From Clostridia bacterium (GTDB taxonomy: Bacteria; Bacillota; Clostridia; TANB77; RGIG9151): DNA of 32,000 bases. This document shows, one piece after another, positions 1 to 7,905 of the stretch. The notes below the pieces were generated by a model. That model searched no databases, was not told where the DNA came from, and saw only the letters and a program-made list of their open reading frames with translations. Position numbers and translations under genes: made by a program. The first letter of the stretch is position 1; every line of letters begins with the position of its first letter. The DNA lies in NCBI GenBank assembly GCA_016287855.1, contig JAEEXS010000005.1, forward strand, positions 174-32,173, in the 5' to 3' direction.

Positions 1-1160
1 AAAAAGCTTAAATTAGGGTTCCGAATAAGTAGTATGCCCGTCCCTATAAATAATAACAAAATCGCAAGCATAAATATACAAATAGCTCTGTATATAATTT
101 GTTCAGGAATTGTATTTTTCATAACTTGAATATCTTTTCTTCCCATTATAAAGAAAATAGAAGCAAGAATTAGTACACTTATCGTTGTAACTTTTATACC
201 ACCACCGGTTGAACCAGGAGCGGCCCCTATCAGCATCAAAATAATAGTAAAGAAATTAGATTGTTGGGTCATATCTTTTGGATTAATAGAGGAAAAGCCA
301 GCAGTTCTAGGAGTAATAGATTGAAATAGACTATTAACAATTTTATTTGTAGGTGACATAGGTCCAATAGTATTAGGGTTTCTATTTTCTAAACAGAAAA
401 ATAGGAATGTTCCACCTAAAATTAGAATAAGAGTAGATATTATAACTATTTTTGAGTGAAGCGAATATCTACGTATTTTAAATTTATTATCCCAAATATC
501 TTTCCAAACAACAAAACCCAAACCACCTATTATAATTAAAGCTGAAAAGGTGATTAGAGTTATAGGGTTATTTGAAAGTAAAGCTAGACTTTGAAATTTA
601 TAATTTTCCGTTCCAAAAACATCAAAACCAGCGTTACAAAAAGCAGATACTGAATGAAAAATACTTTTCCATATACTATCTAGCGGACCAAATATAGGAT
701 TAAACTGTGTAAATAGTACAGCTGCACCAAGTAATTCAAAGCACAACGTTACTATTAAAATTTTCAAAAAGAGTCTAAAAGAACCAGATAAAGTAAAATT
801 ATTGGTGGAGGCTTGAAGTGTAAGGCGTTCTTTTAAATTCATATGTCTTTTAGATATAAGAACATACAACGTAAAGAGGGACATTACGCCAAGTCCCCCT
901 ATTTGTATTAAAATTAATATTACACTTTTCCCGAACATCGTCCAAAAAGAATTAGTATCTTTTACTACTAATCCAGTAACACAAGAAGCAGAAGTAGCAG
1001 TAAAAAGCGCATCCAAAAAAGAAACGCTCTCTGTACTTTTGTGGGCGATAGGTAACATCAGTAACATAGTACCTACAAGAATTAATAAGATAAAACTTAA
1101 AAGTATAATTCTTGTAGGCGTTAATTTGTTTCGTACTTTTATAGGAAATGGTATTTTCAT
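1..1160 (-). CDS. Ktr/Trk-family K+ uptake membrane subunit (KtrB/TrkH-like); C-terminal end runs off the window
   Basis: This ORF is absent from the supplied track because it is open to the window edge. I checked the minus-strand frame triplet by triplet from ATG (cat at 1158-1160) down to position 3 and found no stop. The translation is MKIPFPIKVRNKLTPTRIILLSFILLILVGTMLLMLPIAHK..FLDALFTATSASCVTGL..IQIGGLGVMS..SAFCNAGFD..IIIGGLGFVVW..PRTAGFSS..GSTGGGIKVTT. The repeated glycine pore-loop motifs are typical of TrkH/KtrB. The AGGAGG SD (rc of 1165-1170) overlaps the gyrA stop codon. Confidence 0.85.
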   Translation of the reverse strand, partial: MKIPFPIKVRNKLTPTRIILLSFILLILVGTMLLMLPIAHKSTESVSFLDALFTATSASCVTGLVVKDTNSFWTMFGKSVILILIQIGGLGVMSLFTLYVLISKRHMNLKERLTLQASTNNFTLSGSFRLFLKILIVTLCFELLGAAVLFTQFNPIFGPLDSIWKSIFHSVSAFCNAGFDVFGTENYKFQSLALLSNNPITLITFSALIIIGGLGFVVWKDIWDNKFKIRRYSLHSKIVIISTLILILGGTFLFFCLENRNPNTIGPMSPTNKIVNSLFQSITPRTAGFSSINPKDMTQQSNFFTIILMLIGAAPGSTGGGIKVTTISVLILASIFFIMGRKDIQVMKNTIPEQIIYRAICIFMLAILLLFIGTGILLIRNPNLSF

Positions 1161-1168
1161 AAAACCTC

Positions 1169-3619
1169 CTATTTTTCTTCTTCAGTTTCGTCTTGCTCCG
1201 TAACTTTTGCAATACTTACAAGTTGTATATTTTCAGGCAATCTCATTAGAGTTACACCTTGAGTATTTCTACCTAAAACACTTATTCCCTTAACAGGGGT
1301 ACGAATAATAGTTCCGTCAGAACTAATTAATATAATATCTTCTTCCTCTTTAACTATTTTTATTCCAACAACGTGACCAGTTTTATCTGTTACTTTATAA
1401 GTTAGAACTCCTTTACCGCCACGAGTTTGGATTCTATATTCTTCAACTTCTGTACGTTTTCCAAATCCGTTTTCAGTTACTGCAAGTAGGCAAGTATTAA
1501 TATCGTTTGCAGATTCCATACCGATTACATAGTCATCTTTTGCTAAATCAATTCCTCTTACACCTTGAGAAACACGACCAATAGGTCTTACATCTTTTTC
1601 ATCAAAGGTTATAGACATACCATTGCGAGTAGCGAGAACAACTTTATTTTCTCCGCCTGTAAGACGTACATCGATTAATTCATCGCCTTCTCTTAGGGTT
1701 ATTCCTTGAAGCCCAGTTTTACGAACATTTTCATATTCCATAAGGCTTGTCTTCTTAACAACACCATTTCTAGTAGCCATTAATAAATAGGTTCCTTCTT
1801 TATACTCGGCAACAGGAATAACAGCAGAAATCTTTTCATCAGAGCCAAGCTGAAGTAGATTTACGATAGCAGTGCCTTTAGCAGTTCTACCAGCCTCAGG
1901 GACTTCATAAGCTTTTAATCTATAAGTTTTTCCTTTATTTGTGAAGAATAGAATATAGTGGTGAGTAGATGAAATAAAGACATCTTCAACGAAATCTTCT
2001 TCACGAGTGGTAAGCCCAGTAATACCTTTGCCACCACGTTTCTGGTTCTTATAAGTATCAGCAGGAAGACGTTTTATATATCCAAAGTGGGTTAAGGTAA
2101 TAACACAATTTTCTTCCTTAATTAAATCTTCGATTTCAAGTTCTTCAGCAGAAGGAGCAATAGCAGTTCTCCTTGGGTCAGCAAATTTTGCTTTAAGTTC
2201 TAATAGCTCATCTTTTATTATTTGATATACTAAAGTTTCACTGCTTAAAACTTCTTTGTAATATTTAACTCTTTCAATTAGGGCATTATACTCTTCATCG
2301 ATTTTCTCTCTTTGTAAACCAGATAGAGTCCTAAGACGCATATCTAGAATTGCTTGAGCTTGAATTTCAGTAAGGCCAAAACGTTTCATTAAACGTTCTT
2401 TTGCATCGTCATAAGATTCACGAATTATTTTAATAACTTCGTCTATATTATCTAATGCAATTTTTAAGCCTTCTAATATATGAAGTCTTGCTTCAGCTTT
2501 ATCTAAATCGAATCTTGTACGTCTTAAAATAACTTCCTTTTGGTGATCTAGGTAACAATCTATGCATTCCCTTAAATTTAATACTTTAGGTTGACCATTA
2601 ACTAAAGCAAGCATTATAGCACCAAAAGTATCTTGAAGTTGAGTATTTTTGTATAGTTGATTTAATACAACATTAGCATTTGCATCACGTTTTAATTCGA
2701 TTACTATACGCATACCTTCACGGTCAGATTCATCACGCAAATCAGAAATACCGTCAATTCTCTTATCTTTAACTAAGTTCGCAATATTTTCAATTAAACG
2801 AGCTTTATTAACCATATATGGGATTTCGGTAACTACAATACGGCTCTTAGAACCAGTCTCTTCAATTTCAGCTTTCGCACGAACTATAATACGGCCACGA
2901 CCGGTCATATATGCATTTTTAATTCCTTCTTTTCCCATTATAATAGCACCAGTAGGGAAGTCAGGACCTTTTATAACTTGCATTAAATCTTCTATAGTTA
3001 CGTTATCTTCATCAATAACCTTAACAATACCATCAATAACCTCGCCTAAATTGTGAGGTGGGATATTTGTAGCCATACCTACAGCAATACCAGAAGAACC
3101 GTTAACCAACATATTAGGGAATCTTGAAGGGAGAACAGCAGGTTCTTTTAACGTATCATCGAAGTTAGGTACGAAATCTACAGTATTTTTATCTATATCA
3201 CGAAGCATTTCAAGCGACATTTTAGACATTCTAGCCTCGGTATAACGCATAGCAGCAGGACTATCACCATCGATAGAGCCAAAGTTTCCGTGACCATCTA
3301 CTAACATATAACGAAGTGAGAAGTCTTGAGCAAGACGAACCATAGCATCATAAACTGCAGCATCACCATGAGGGTGGTACTTACCTAAAACATCTCCGAC
3401 AAGACGGGCAGATTTTCTGTATGGCTTGTCTGGAGTCATATTTAATTCATTCATAGAATAAAGAATACGTCTATGTACAGGTTTTAAACCATCACGAGCA
3501 TCAGGTAAAGCACGAGCAACAATTACACTCATTGCATAGTCGATATAAGATTTTTTCATTTCAGATTCAATATTTACATCGATGATCTTTTCTACGATTT
3601 CATTGTTTTCATTATCCAT
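1169..3619 (-). CDS. gyrA: DNA gyrase subunit A
   Basis: The track ORF 1169..3643 has the motifs [48 protein letters not shown] and a GyrA-box-like QKRGGKG, plus an acidic C-terminal tail. The likely start is ATG at 3617-3619 (MDNENN), 9 nt after the GAAAGGA SD. The ATGs at 3628 and 3643 sit on or before the SD. Confidence 0.96.
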   Translation of the reverse strand: MDNENNEIVEKIIDVNIESEMKKSYIDYAMSVIVARALPDARDGLKPVHRRILYSMNELNMTPDKPYRKSARLVGDVLGKYHPHGDAAVYDAMVRLAQDFSLRYMLVDGHGNFGSIDGDSPAAMRYTEARMSKMSLEMLRDIDKNTVDFVPNFDDTLKEPAVLPSRFPNMLVNGSSGIAVGMATNIPPHNLGEVIDGIVKVIDEDNVTIEDLMQVIKGPDFPTGAIIMGKEGIKNAYMTGRGRIIVRAKAEIEETGSKSRIVVTEIPYMVNKARLIENIANLVKDKRIDGISDLRDESDREGMRIVIELKRDANANVVLNQLYKNTQLQDTFGAIMLALVNGQPKVLNLRECIDCYLDHQKEVILRRTRFDLDKAEARLHILEGLKIALDNIDEVIKIIRESYDDAKERLMKRFGLTEIQAQAILDMRLRTLSGLQREKIDEEYNALIERVKYYKEVLSSETLVYQIIKDELLELKAKFADPRRTAIAPSAEELEIEDLIKEENCVITLTHFGYIKRLPADTYKNQKRGGKGITGLTTREEDFVEDVFISSTHHYILFFTNKGKTYRLKAYEVPEAGRTAKGTAIVNLLQLGSDEKISAVIPVAEYKEGTYLLMATRNGVVKKTSLMEYENVRKTGLQGITLREGDELIDVRLTGGENKVVLATRNGMSITFDEKDVRPIGRVSQGVRGIDLAKDDYVIGMESANDINTCLLAVTENGFGKRTEVEEYRIQTRGGKGVLTYKVTDKTGHVVGIKIVKEEEDIILISSDGTIIRTPVKGISVLGRNTQGVTLMRLPENIQLVSIAKVTEQDETEEEK

Positions 3620-3652
3620 TTTTTTCATTCCTTTCAATATCAATCCTTTTGA

Positions 3653-3681
3653 ATTATATTATATTGAAATATTATTTGCAA
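3653..3681 (-). promoter_or_regulatory. sigma-A type promoter for gyrA
   Basis: On the minus strand, TTGCAA (3676-3681), a 17-nt spacer and TATAAT (3653-3658) lie just upstream of the gyrA SD. Confidence 0.5.
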
Positions 3682-3741
3682 GGCTTTTTGAAGGGGAAAA
3701 TTTATAATTTTTTTGTGTCAATGGGACGGCAATTTAAACAA

Positions 3742-3775
3742 TAAAAAAACGAATTTCGTATTCCTACGAAACTCG
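3742..3775 (-). terminator. Rho-independent terminator of the tRNA operon
   Basis: The hairpin 3750-3760 / 3765-3775 (CGAgTTTCGTA ggaa TACGAAAtTCG on the minus strand, one mismatch) is followed on the minus strand by TTTTTTT (rc of 3743-3749). Confidence 0.7.
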
Positions 3776-3782
3776 CTTTTTG

Positions 3783-3858
<76 letters not shown>

Positions 3859-3910
3859 ATTTGGAAATTGAAAAATAGGTTTTTTAAAACGGCTACTTCC
3901 CAACTCCTTA

Positions 3911-3985
3911 TGGTGACCCGTGGGAGAATCGAACTCCCGATACCGCCGTGAAAGGGCGATGTCTTAACCGCTTGACCAACGGGCC
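3911..3985 (-). tRNA. tRNA-Glu (anticodon UUC)
   Basis: The reverse complement is GGCCCGTTGGTCAAGCGGTTAAGACATCGCCCTTTCACGGCGGTATCGGGAGTTCGATTCTCCCACGGGTCACCA. It forms a clean cloverleaf with anticodon loop CTTTCAC and an encoded CCA end. Confidence 0.92.
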
Positions 3986-3990
3986 TAAAA

Positions 3991-4066
3991 TGGTGAACCA
4001 TCCGCGATTCGAACGCGGGACACCGTGATTAAAAGTCACGTGCTCTGCCAACTGAGCTAATGGTCC
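3991..4066 (-). tRNA. tRNA-Lys (anticodon UUU)
   Basis: The reverse complement is GGACCATTAGCTCAGTTGGCAGAGCACGTGACTTTTAATCACGGTGTCCCGCGTTCGAATCGCGGATGGTTCACCA. The anticodon stem is CGTGA/TCACG, the loop is CTTTTAA and the CCA end is encoded. Confidence 0.92.
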
Positions 4067-4085
4067 AAATAAAAGCTACCTATTT

Positions 4086-4114
4086 ATGATACAACAGCTT
4101 GCCTCTTTTGTCAA
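4086..4114 (-). promoter_or_regulatory. sigma-A promoter for the tRNA-Lys/Glu/Thr operon
   Basis: On the minus strand, TTGACA (4109-4114), a 17-nt spacer and TATCAT (4086-4091) lie about 20 nt upstream of the tRNA-Lys 5' end. Confidence 0.6.
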
Positions 4115-4158
4115 CATATTTTTTAGATTTTTTTGCTAATTGACAATACTAAGATTTA

Positions 4159-4187
4159 TTGAAAAAAATATGCTTGTATGATAGAAT
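4159..4187 (+). promoter_or_regulatory. sigma-A promoter with extended -10
   Basis: TTGAAA (4159-4164), a 17-nt spacer and TGaTAGAAT (4179-4187). It overlaps the first codons of track ORF 4159..4905, which argues for the downstream start at 4216. Confidence 0.55.
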
Positions 4188-4215
4188 CATATTGGACCGA
4201 GAAAGCGAGGAATAT

Positions 4216-4905
4216 ATGTATATATTGTTAATTTGTACTATTGTAAGTACAATTATTTTATTTTTTATTTGCAATGAAAAAATAAAACCAGAAACGGTTA
4301 TTTATCACGATGGAGTTTCTGAAGTAGTTGAAAAAATTGGCGATAATAAACAAATAGCAAAAGAAATTTTGAAATTTATAGGGAACGATAAAACTCAAGT
4401 AGAAGAGAATATTGATCCTAAAATAAAGGCGAGTTTCTATAATTTCAATACAGACAAAATTACTATAAAAAATACAGAGGATTTAAAAGATTGTTCTAGA
4501 GTTATCCATATTTCACATGAGTGCATACATAGTATTCAAGATAAAAAGCTAGGGTTTACCCACTTTATATTGTCTAATATTCAAATATTATATTTTTTAG
4601 GAATTTTTATTTATTTCTTTTACAATAAAAATCTAGACTTAAGATTTAATCTATTGTTGGTGCAGTTTTTTATATTCATCTTAACTTTCTTTATAAAAGT
4701 AACGTTAGAAAGCGATGCAACATATAGAGGGCCAGAGCTAGCCTTTACATATTTAAAAGATAAAGTAAACGAAAAGGATTTAGCAGATTTTAAGAAAAAT
4801 ATTCAAGATATGTTATATTCAATAGTACCAATGTCGTACTTTTCATTTTATATGCAAGGTGTATTATTACTTATAATAGCACAAGCGGGTGCAATTTTTA
4901 TCTAA
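4216..4905 (+). CDS. polytopic membrane protein with an HExxH motif (putative Zn-metallopeptidase-like), function unknown
   Basis: This lies in the frame of track ORF 4159..4905. ATG 4216 follows the GAGGA SD (4207-4211) and lies downstream of the predicted promoter. The protein has an N-terminal TM helix (YILLICTIVSTIILFFI), the motif HISHECIHSIQD, and then several hydrophobic helices. Confidence 0.65.
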   Translation: MYILLICTIVSTIILFFICNEKIKPETVIYHDGVSEVVEKIGDNKQIAKEILKFIGNDKTQVEENIDPKIKASFYNFNTDKITIKNTEDLKDCSRVIHISHECIHSIQDKKLGFTHFILSNIQILYFLGIFIYFFYNKNLDLRFNLLLVQFFIFILTFFIKVTLESDATYRGPELAFTYLKDKVNEKDLADFKKNIQDMLYSIVPMSYFSFYMQGVLLLIIAQAGAIFI

Positions 4906-4916
4906 GGAGAATGTTT

Positions 4917-5408
4917 ATGGGAAAAGAAGTAGAAGTTTTAATCGAAGTATGTAGAGAAGGTGTAGAGCTACCAGAGTATGCTCATTTTGGAGATGCCGGA
5001 ATGGATTTAAGAGCTGCAGAAGATATAGATATACATCCAGGAGAAACGGTGGCCGTTCCAACAGGATTAAAAGTCGCAATTCCAGTAGGGTATGAAATAC
5101 AAGTAAGACCTAGAAGTGGAATTTCATTAAAAACTCCATTAAGACTTCCTAATTCACCAGGCACAATAGACGCAGGATATAGAGATGAAATGCATGTTAT
5201 AATGTATAATTCTTCAAGAGGCGGAGAAGAAATATACTCTATTTCAGAAAAAGGAAACAAAGAGGGGATTTATAGAATCAAAAAGGGCGAAAGAATCGCC
5301 CAAATAGTATTAAAAGAAGTACCGATTGTCAAATGGAAAAAGGTAACAGATGTTAGTTTAGAAGGAAGTAACCGTGGTGGTGGCTTCGGAAGTAGTGGTA
5401 TTAAATAA
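4917..5408 (+). CDS. dut: dUTP diphosphatase
   Basis: The motifs are GDAGMDLRA, VRPRSGISLK, GTIDAGYRDE and a C-terminal RGGGFGSSG. ATG 4917 is 7 nt after the AAGGAG SD, whereas the track start 4911 is only 1 nt after it. Confidence 0.93.
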   Translation: MGKEVEVLIEVCREGVELPEYAHFGDAGMDLRAAEDIDIHPGETVAVPTGLKVAIPVGYEIQVRPRSGISLKTPLRLPNSPGTIDAGYRDEMHVIMYNSSRGGEEIYSISEKGNKEGIYRIKKGERIAQIVLKEVPIVKWKKVTDVSLEGSNRGGGFGSSGIK

Positions 5409-5416
5409 ATAAAAAG

Positions 5417-5435
5417 GGCTGTCTTTACGACAGCC
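5417..5435. terminator. bidirectional Rho-independent terminator between the convergent dut and FAD-oxidoreductase genes
   Basis: The hairpin is GGCTGTC tttac GACAGCC, flanked by an A-run upstream and a T-run downstream. Confidence 0.8.
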
Positions 5436-5442
5436 TTTTTAT

Positions 5443-6825
5443 TTACCTCTTTATTATATTTCTTGCAACGTATATTCCTGTAGCTGCGGCTTGAGCAAGC
5501 CCTCTAGTAACACCAGCTCCGTCACCAATTGCAAACATGTTTTTGTACTTTGTTTCAAGCTCATTAGTTAACTCTGGTTTTGCACTATAGAACTTAACTT
5601 CAACTCCGTAGAGTAAAGTATCGTAGTTTGCAGTACCAGGAGCAATTTTATCTAAAGTATAAATCATTTCAATAATATCATCTAACTGACGTTTAGGAAT
5701 TACCAAACTTAAATCTCCAGGCGTAGCATTTAACGTAGGCTTTACAAAACTTTGGGCTAGCCTATGCTCATTAGTCCTATTACCTTTAACTAAATCTCCA
5801 AATCTTTGAACCAAAATTCCGCCACCAAGCAAATTAGATAAAGAAGCAATCCTTTTTCCGTATTGATATGGATCATTAAAAGGTTTTGTGAACCTATTAC
5901 TTACAAGTAACGCAAAATTCGTATTTTCACTTCTTAAGTTAGGATCAGAATAACTATGGCCGTTTACTGTCATTAGCCCATCAACATTTTCAGTAACAAC
6001 ATGGCCATAAGGATTCATACAGAAAGTTCTAATCCTATCTCCATGACATTTTGTTCTATAAACTAGTTTTGATTCGTAAACAACGTCTGTTATATGTTGA
6101 AATACAGTAGCAGGTATTTCTACTCTAACGCCAATATCTACTTGGTTATTAAGTAATGGAATATCTAACTCTTTACATTGGTCAGAGAACCATTCAGCTC
6201 CAGCTCTACCCGGGGCAACTATTAAATATTTACAATTTATTTCAGTAGAATCAGCCATTTCTAAGTCATATGTTTCGTCAGATTGCGGAACTATTTTTGC
6301 AACTTGGCAGTCTGTTTTTATCTGTATTTTCTTTTCTAAGTAATCATACATTTTCTTCAATATTTGAAGGTTGTTTTCTGTACCGAGATGTTTTACTTTG
6401 GCTTGAAGTAAATGCAAGTCATGTTCTAAAGCAAGTTTTTCTACTTTTTTTGCTTCTGGTGTATTAGTTGAGAAAGTCTCTTTTGTTGCACCAAATTTCA
6501 TATTTATTTCATCTACATAATTTATTAAGTCCATTACTTCTTTATCTGGAATGTATTCGTTAAACCAACCACCGAAAGCAGTAGTAAAGTTGTACTTTCC
6601 GTCTGAGAAGTTACCAGCTCCTCCAAACCCCTTCATTATACTGCAAGAAGGGCAGTTTATACATTCAGGGACTTTTCCTTCAACTATTGGGCAAGCCCTT
6701 TTATAGATATTTTTTCCTTGCTCAAGCAAGGCTATACTTAAGTTCGAGTTTTCAGATAATTCATATGCGGCCATTATTCCGGAAATACCGGCTCCTACTA
6801 TAGCTACATCAAAATGTTCTTTCAA
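5443..6825 (-). CDS. FAD-dependent oxidoreductase (uncharacterised FAD-dependent dehydrogenase family)
   Basis: There is an N-terminal dinucleotide fold DVAIVGAGISGIMAA..LLEQG, a Cys cluster CPIVEGKVPECINCPSC and a C-terminal GDGAGVTRGLAQAAATG. The likely start is TTG at 6823-6825, 8 nt after AGGAG. The track start (GTG at 6834) overlaps the SD. Confidence 0.88.
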   Translation of the reverse strand: MKEHFDVAIVGAGISGIMAAYELSENSNLSIALLEQGKNIYKRACPIVEGKVPECINCPSCSIMKGFGGAGNFSDGKYNFTTAFGGWFNEYIPDKEVMDLINYVDEINMKFGATKETFSTNTPEAKKVEKLALEHDLHLLQAKVKHLGTENNLQILKKMYDYLEKKIQIKTDCQVAKIVPQSDETYDLEMADSTEINCKYLIVAPGRAGAEWFSDQCKELDIPLLNNQVDIGVRVEIPATVFQHITDVVYESKLVYRTKCHGDRIRTFCMNPYGHVVTENVDGLMTVNGHSYSDPNLRSENTNFALLVSNRFTKPFNDPYQYGKRIASLSNLLGGGILVQRFGDLVKGNRTNEHRLAQSFVKPTLNATPGDLSLVIPKRQLDDIIEMIYTLDKIAPGTANYDTLLYGVEVKFYSAKPELTNELETKYKNMFAIGDGAGVTRGLAQAAATGIYVARNIIKR

Positions 6826-6866
6826 ATTAAACACTCCTTTTTTATTTAGAATATTTATTACAACTA

Positions 6867-6895
6867 ATTTTATATGGCGGTGTATAAATTGTCAA
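6867..6895 (-). promoter_or_regulatory. sigma-A promoter for the FAD-oxidoreductase gene
   Basis: On the minus strand: TTGACA (6890-6895), a 17-nt spacer and TAAAAT (6867-6872). Confidence 0.55.
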
Positions 6896-7006
6896 TTTTA
6901 ATAATTAAAAAATTTTTTGATTTGATACAAAATTCGACAACATATTCGTTTTGAAGCAAATATAATGAAAGAAAGTTTTATTATTTCGCAAAAAGGAGGT
7001 GGTATT

Positions 7007-7354
7007 TTGGAGAAAGATATTGAGTTTATTTTCCCAATGAATTACAAGGAAAAAGAGAAATTTTTAGGCTTTATAGATTATAGAACGTTAGTTGTACTTG
7101 GGGGGATAGGGGTAATTTTGTTTTTAATCTTAAAGTCCATAAAACTAGGCTTGATTATAAAAATAAGTATTTTTATTTCAATAATCTTATTTTTTGCAAT
7201 CATTATATTAATAGGAATTAATGGGGAAAATATGCTAGATTTTATGTACTTTTCCATAAAGTTTTTAATAAAACCTAGGGTATACGTATATAGAAAATTT
7301 GATGAAAAGGGGAGAAGCAATTTATGCAAAAAGCGATTAAGTCATGGTTCTTAA
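7007..7354 (+). CDS. PrgI/TcpE-like (VirB3-like) small membrane protein
   Basis: This lies in the frame of track ORF 6965..7354. The likely start is TTG 7007, 6 nt after a perfect AAGGAGGTGG SD (6994-7003). A TATAAT at 6961-6966 would put the transcript start after the track ATG at 6965. The protein has two hydrophobic helices followed by NGENMLDFMYFSIKFLIKPRVYVY, which is the layout of PrgI-family proteins that precede VirB4 in Gram-positive T4SS loci. Confidence 0.65.
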   Translation: MEKDIEFIFPMNYKEKEKFLGFIDYRTLVVLGGIGVILFLILKSIKLGLIIKISIFISIILFFAIIILIGINGENMLDFMYFSIKFLIKPRVYVYRKFDEKGRSNLCKKRLSHGS

Positions 7355-7905
7355 TAAAGAAAATTGAAAATGGGATTATAGAATTAAAAAATGGAAAGCT
7401 TTGCAAAGTACTTGAAGTTTATCCGGTTAATTTTTCCTTAAAATCCAAAAGTGAGCAAGAAAGCATTTTATACCAGTATAAAAACTTTTTAAGTGTTTGT
7501 GATTTTAATATTCAGATACTTGTGCAAAGCAAAAAGGGCAACTTAGACAATCATATTTCTGTAATTGAGGAAAATATAAAAAAAGAAAAGAGTTTAGAAA
7601 CGAAAAAACTAATGCAAGAGTATATCAACATGATAAAAAAAGAGAGCTTAAAAAATGCAATATCTAAGAAATTTTTTATTATATTTTTCGTTGTTCAAGA
7701 TAAAAAGGGTTATAAAGAACATTGTATTTTAGAGCTAAATGAAAAAGCTCTTAAAATAAAAGAAACTCTTGATAAATGTGGAAACTATGTAAAAGATTTT
7801 GATGAGGATAATAAAGAGTTAATTAATATGATATATACATATTTAAACCCTATAACCTCGGATATTCAAAGGCTTAAGGAGGTGGATTATGAATATAAAA
7901 AATGA
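7324..7905 (+). CDS. VirB4-like ATPase, N-terminal domain only (separate ORF)
   Basis: The sequence IENGIIELKNGKLCKVLEVYPVNFSLKSKSEQESILYQYKNFLSVCDFNIQILVQSKK resembles the N-terminal region of Firmicute conjugative VirB4 proteins (CD1110/TcpF/Orf16 type). The SD is GGGGAG, 9 nt upstream of the start. The ORF overlaps the previous ORF by 31 nt and the next by 17 nt. Confidence 0.7.
   Translation: MQKAIKSWFLIKKIENGIIELKNGKLCKVLEVYPVNFSLKSKSEQESILYQYKNFLSVCDFNIQILVQSKKGNLDNHISVIEENIKKEKSLETKKLMQEYINMIKKESLKNAISKKFFIIFFVVQDKKGYKEHCILELNEKALKIKETLDKCGNYVKDFDEDNKELINMIYTYLNPITSDIQRLKEVDYEYKK

Noticed and set aside
952-1212. Track ORF of 86 aa on the minus strand.
   Set aside because: It overlaps the 5' part of the ktrB-like gene in a different frame as well as the gyrA 3' end. 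It has a low-complexity K/R/Y/F composition and no SD. The continuous 386-codon ktrB-like frame explains the region.
1169-3643. The possibility that this gene is topoisomerase IV subunit A (parC) rather than gyrA, given the missing gyrB neighbour.
   Set aside because: A GyrA-box-like motif (QKRGGKG) is present at the start of the C-terminal domain, together with an acidic tail. Both are characteristic of GyrA.
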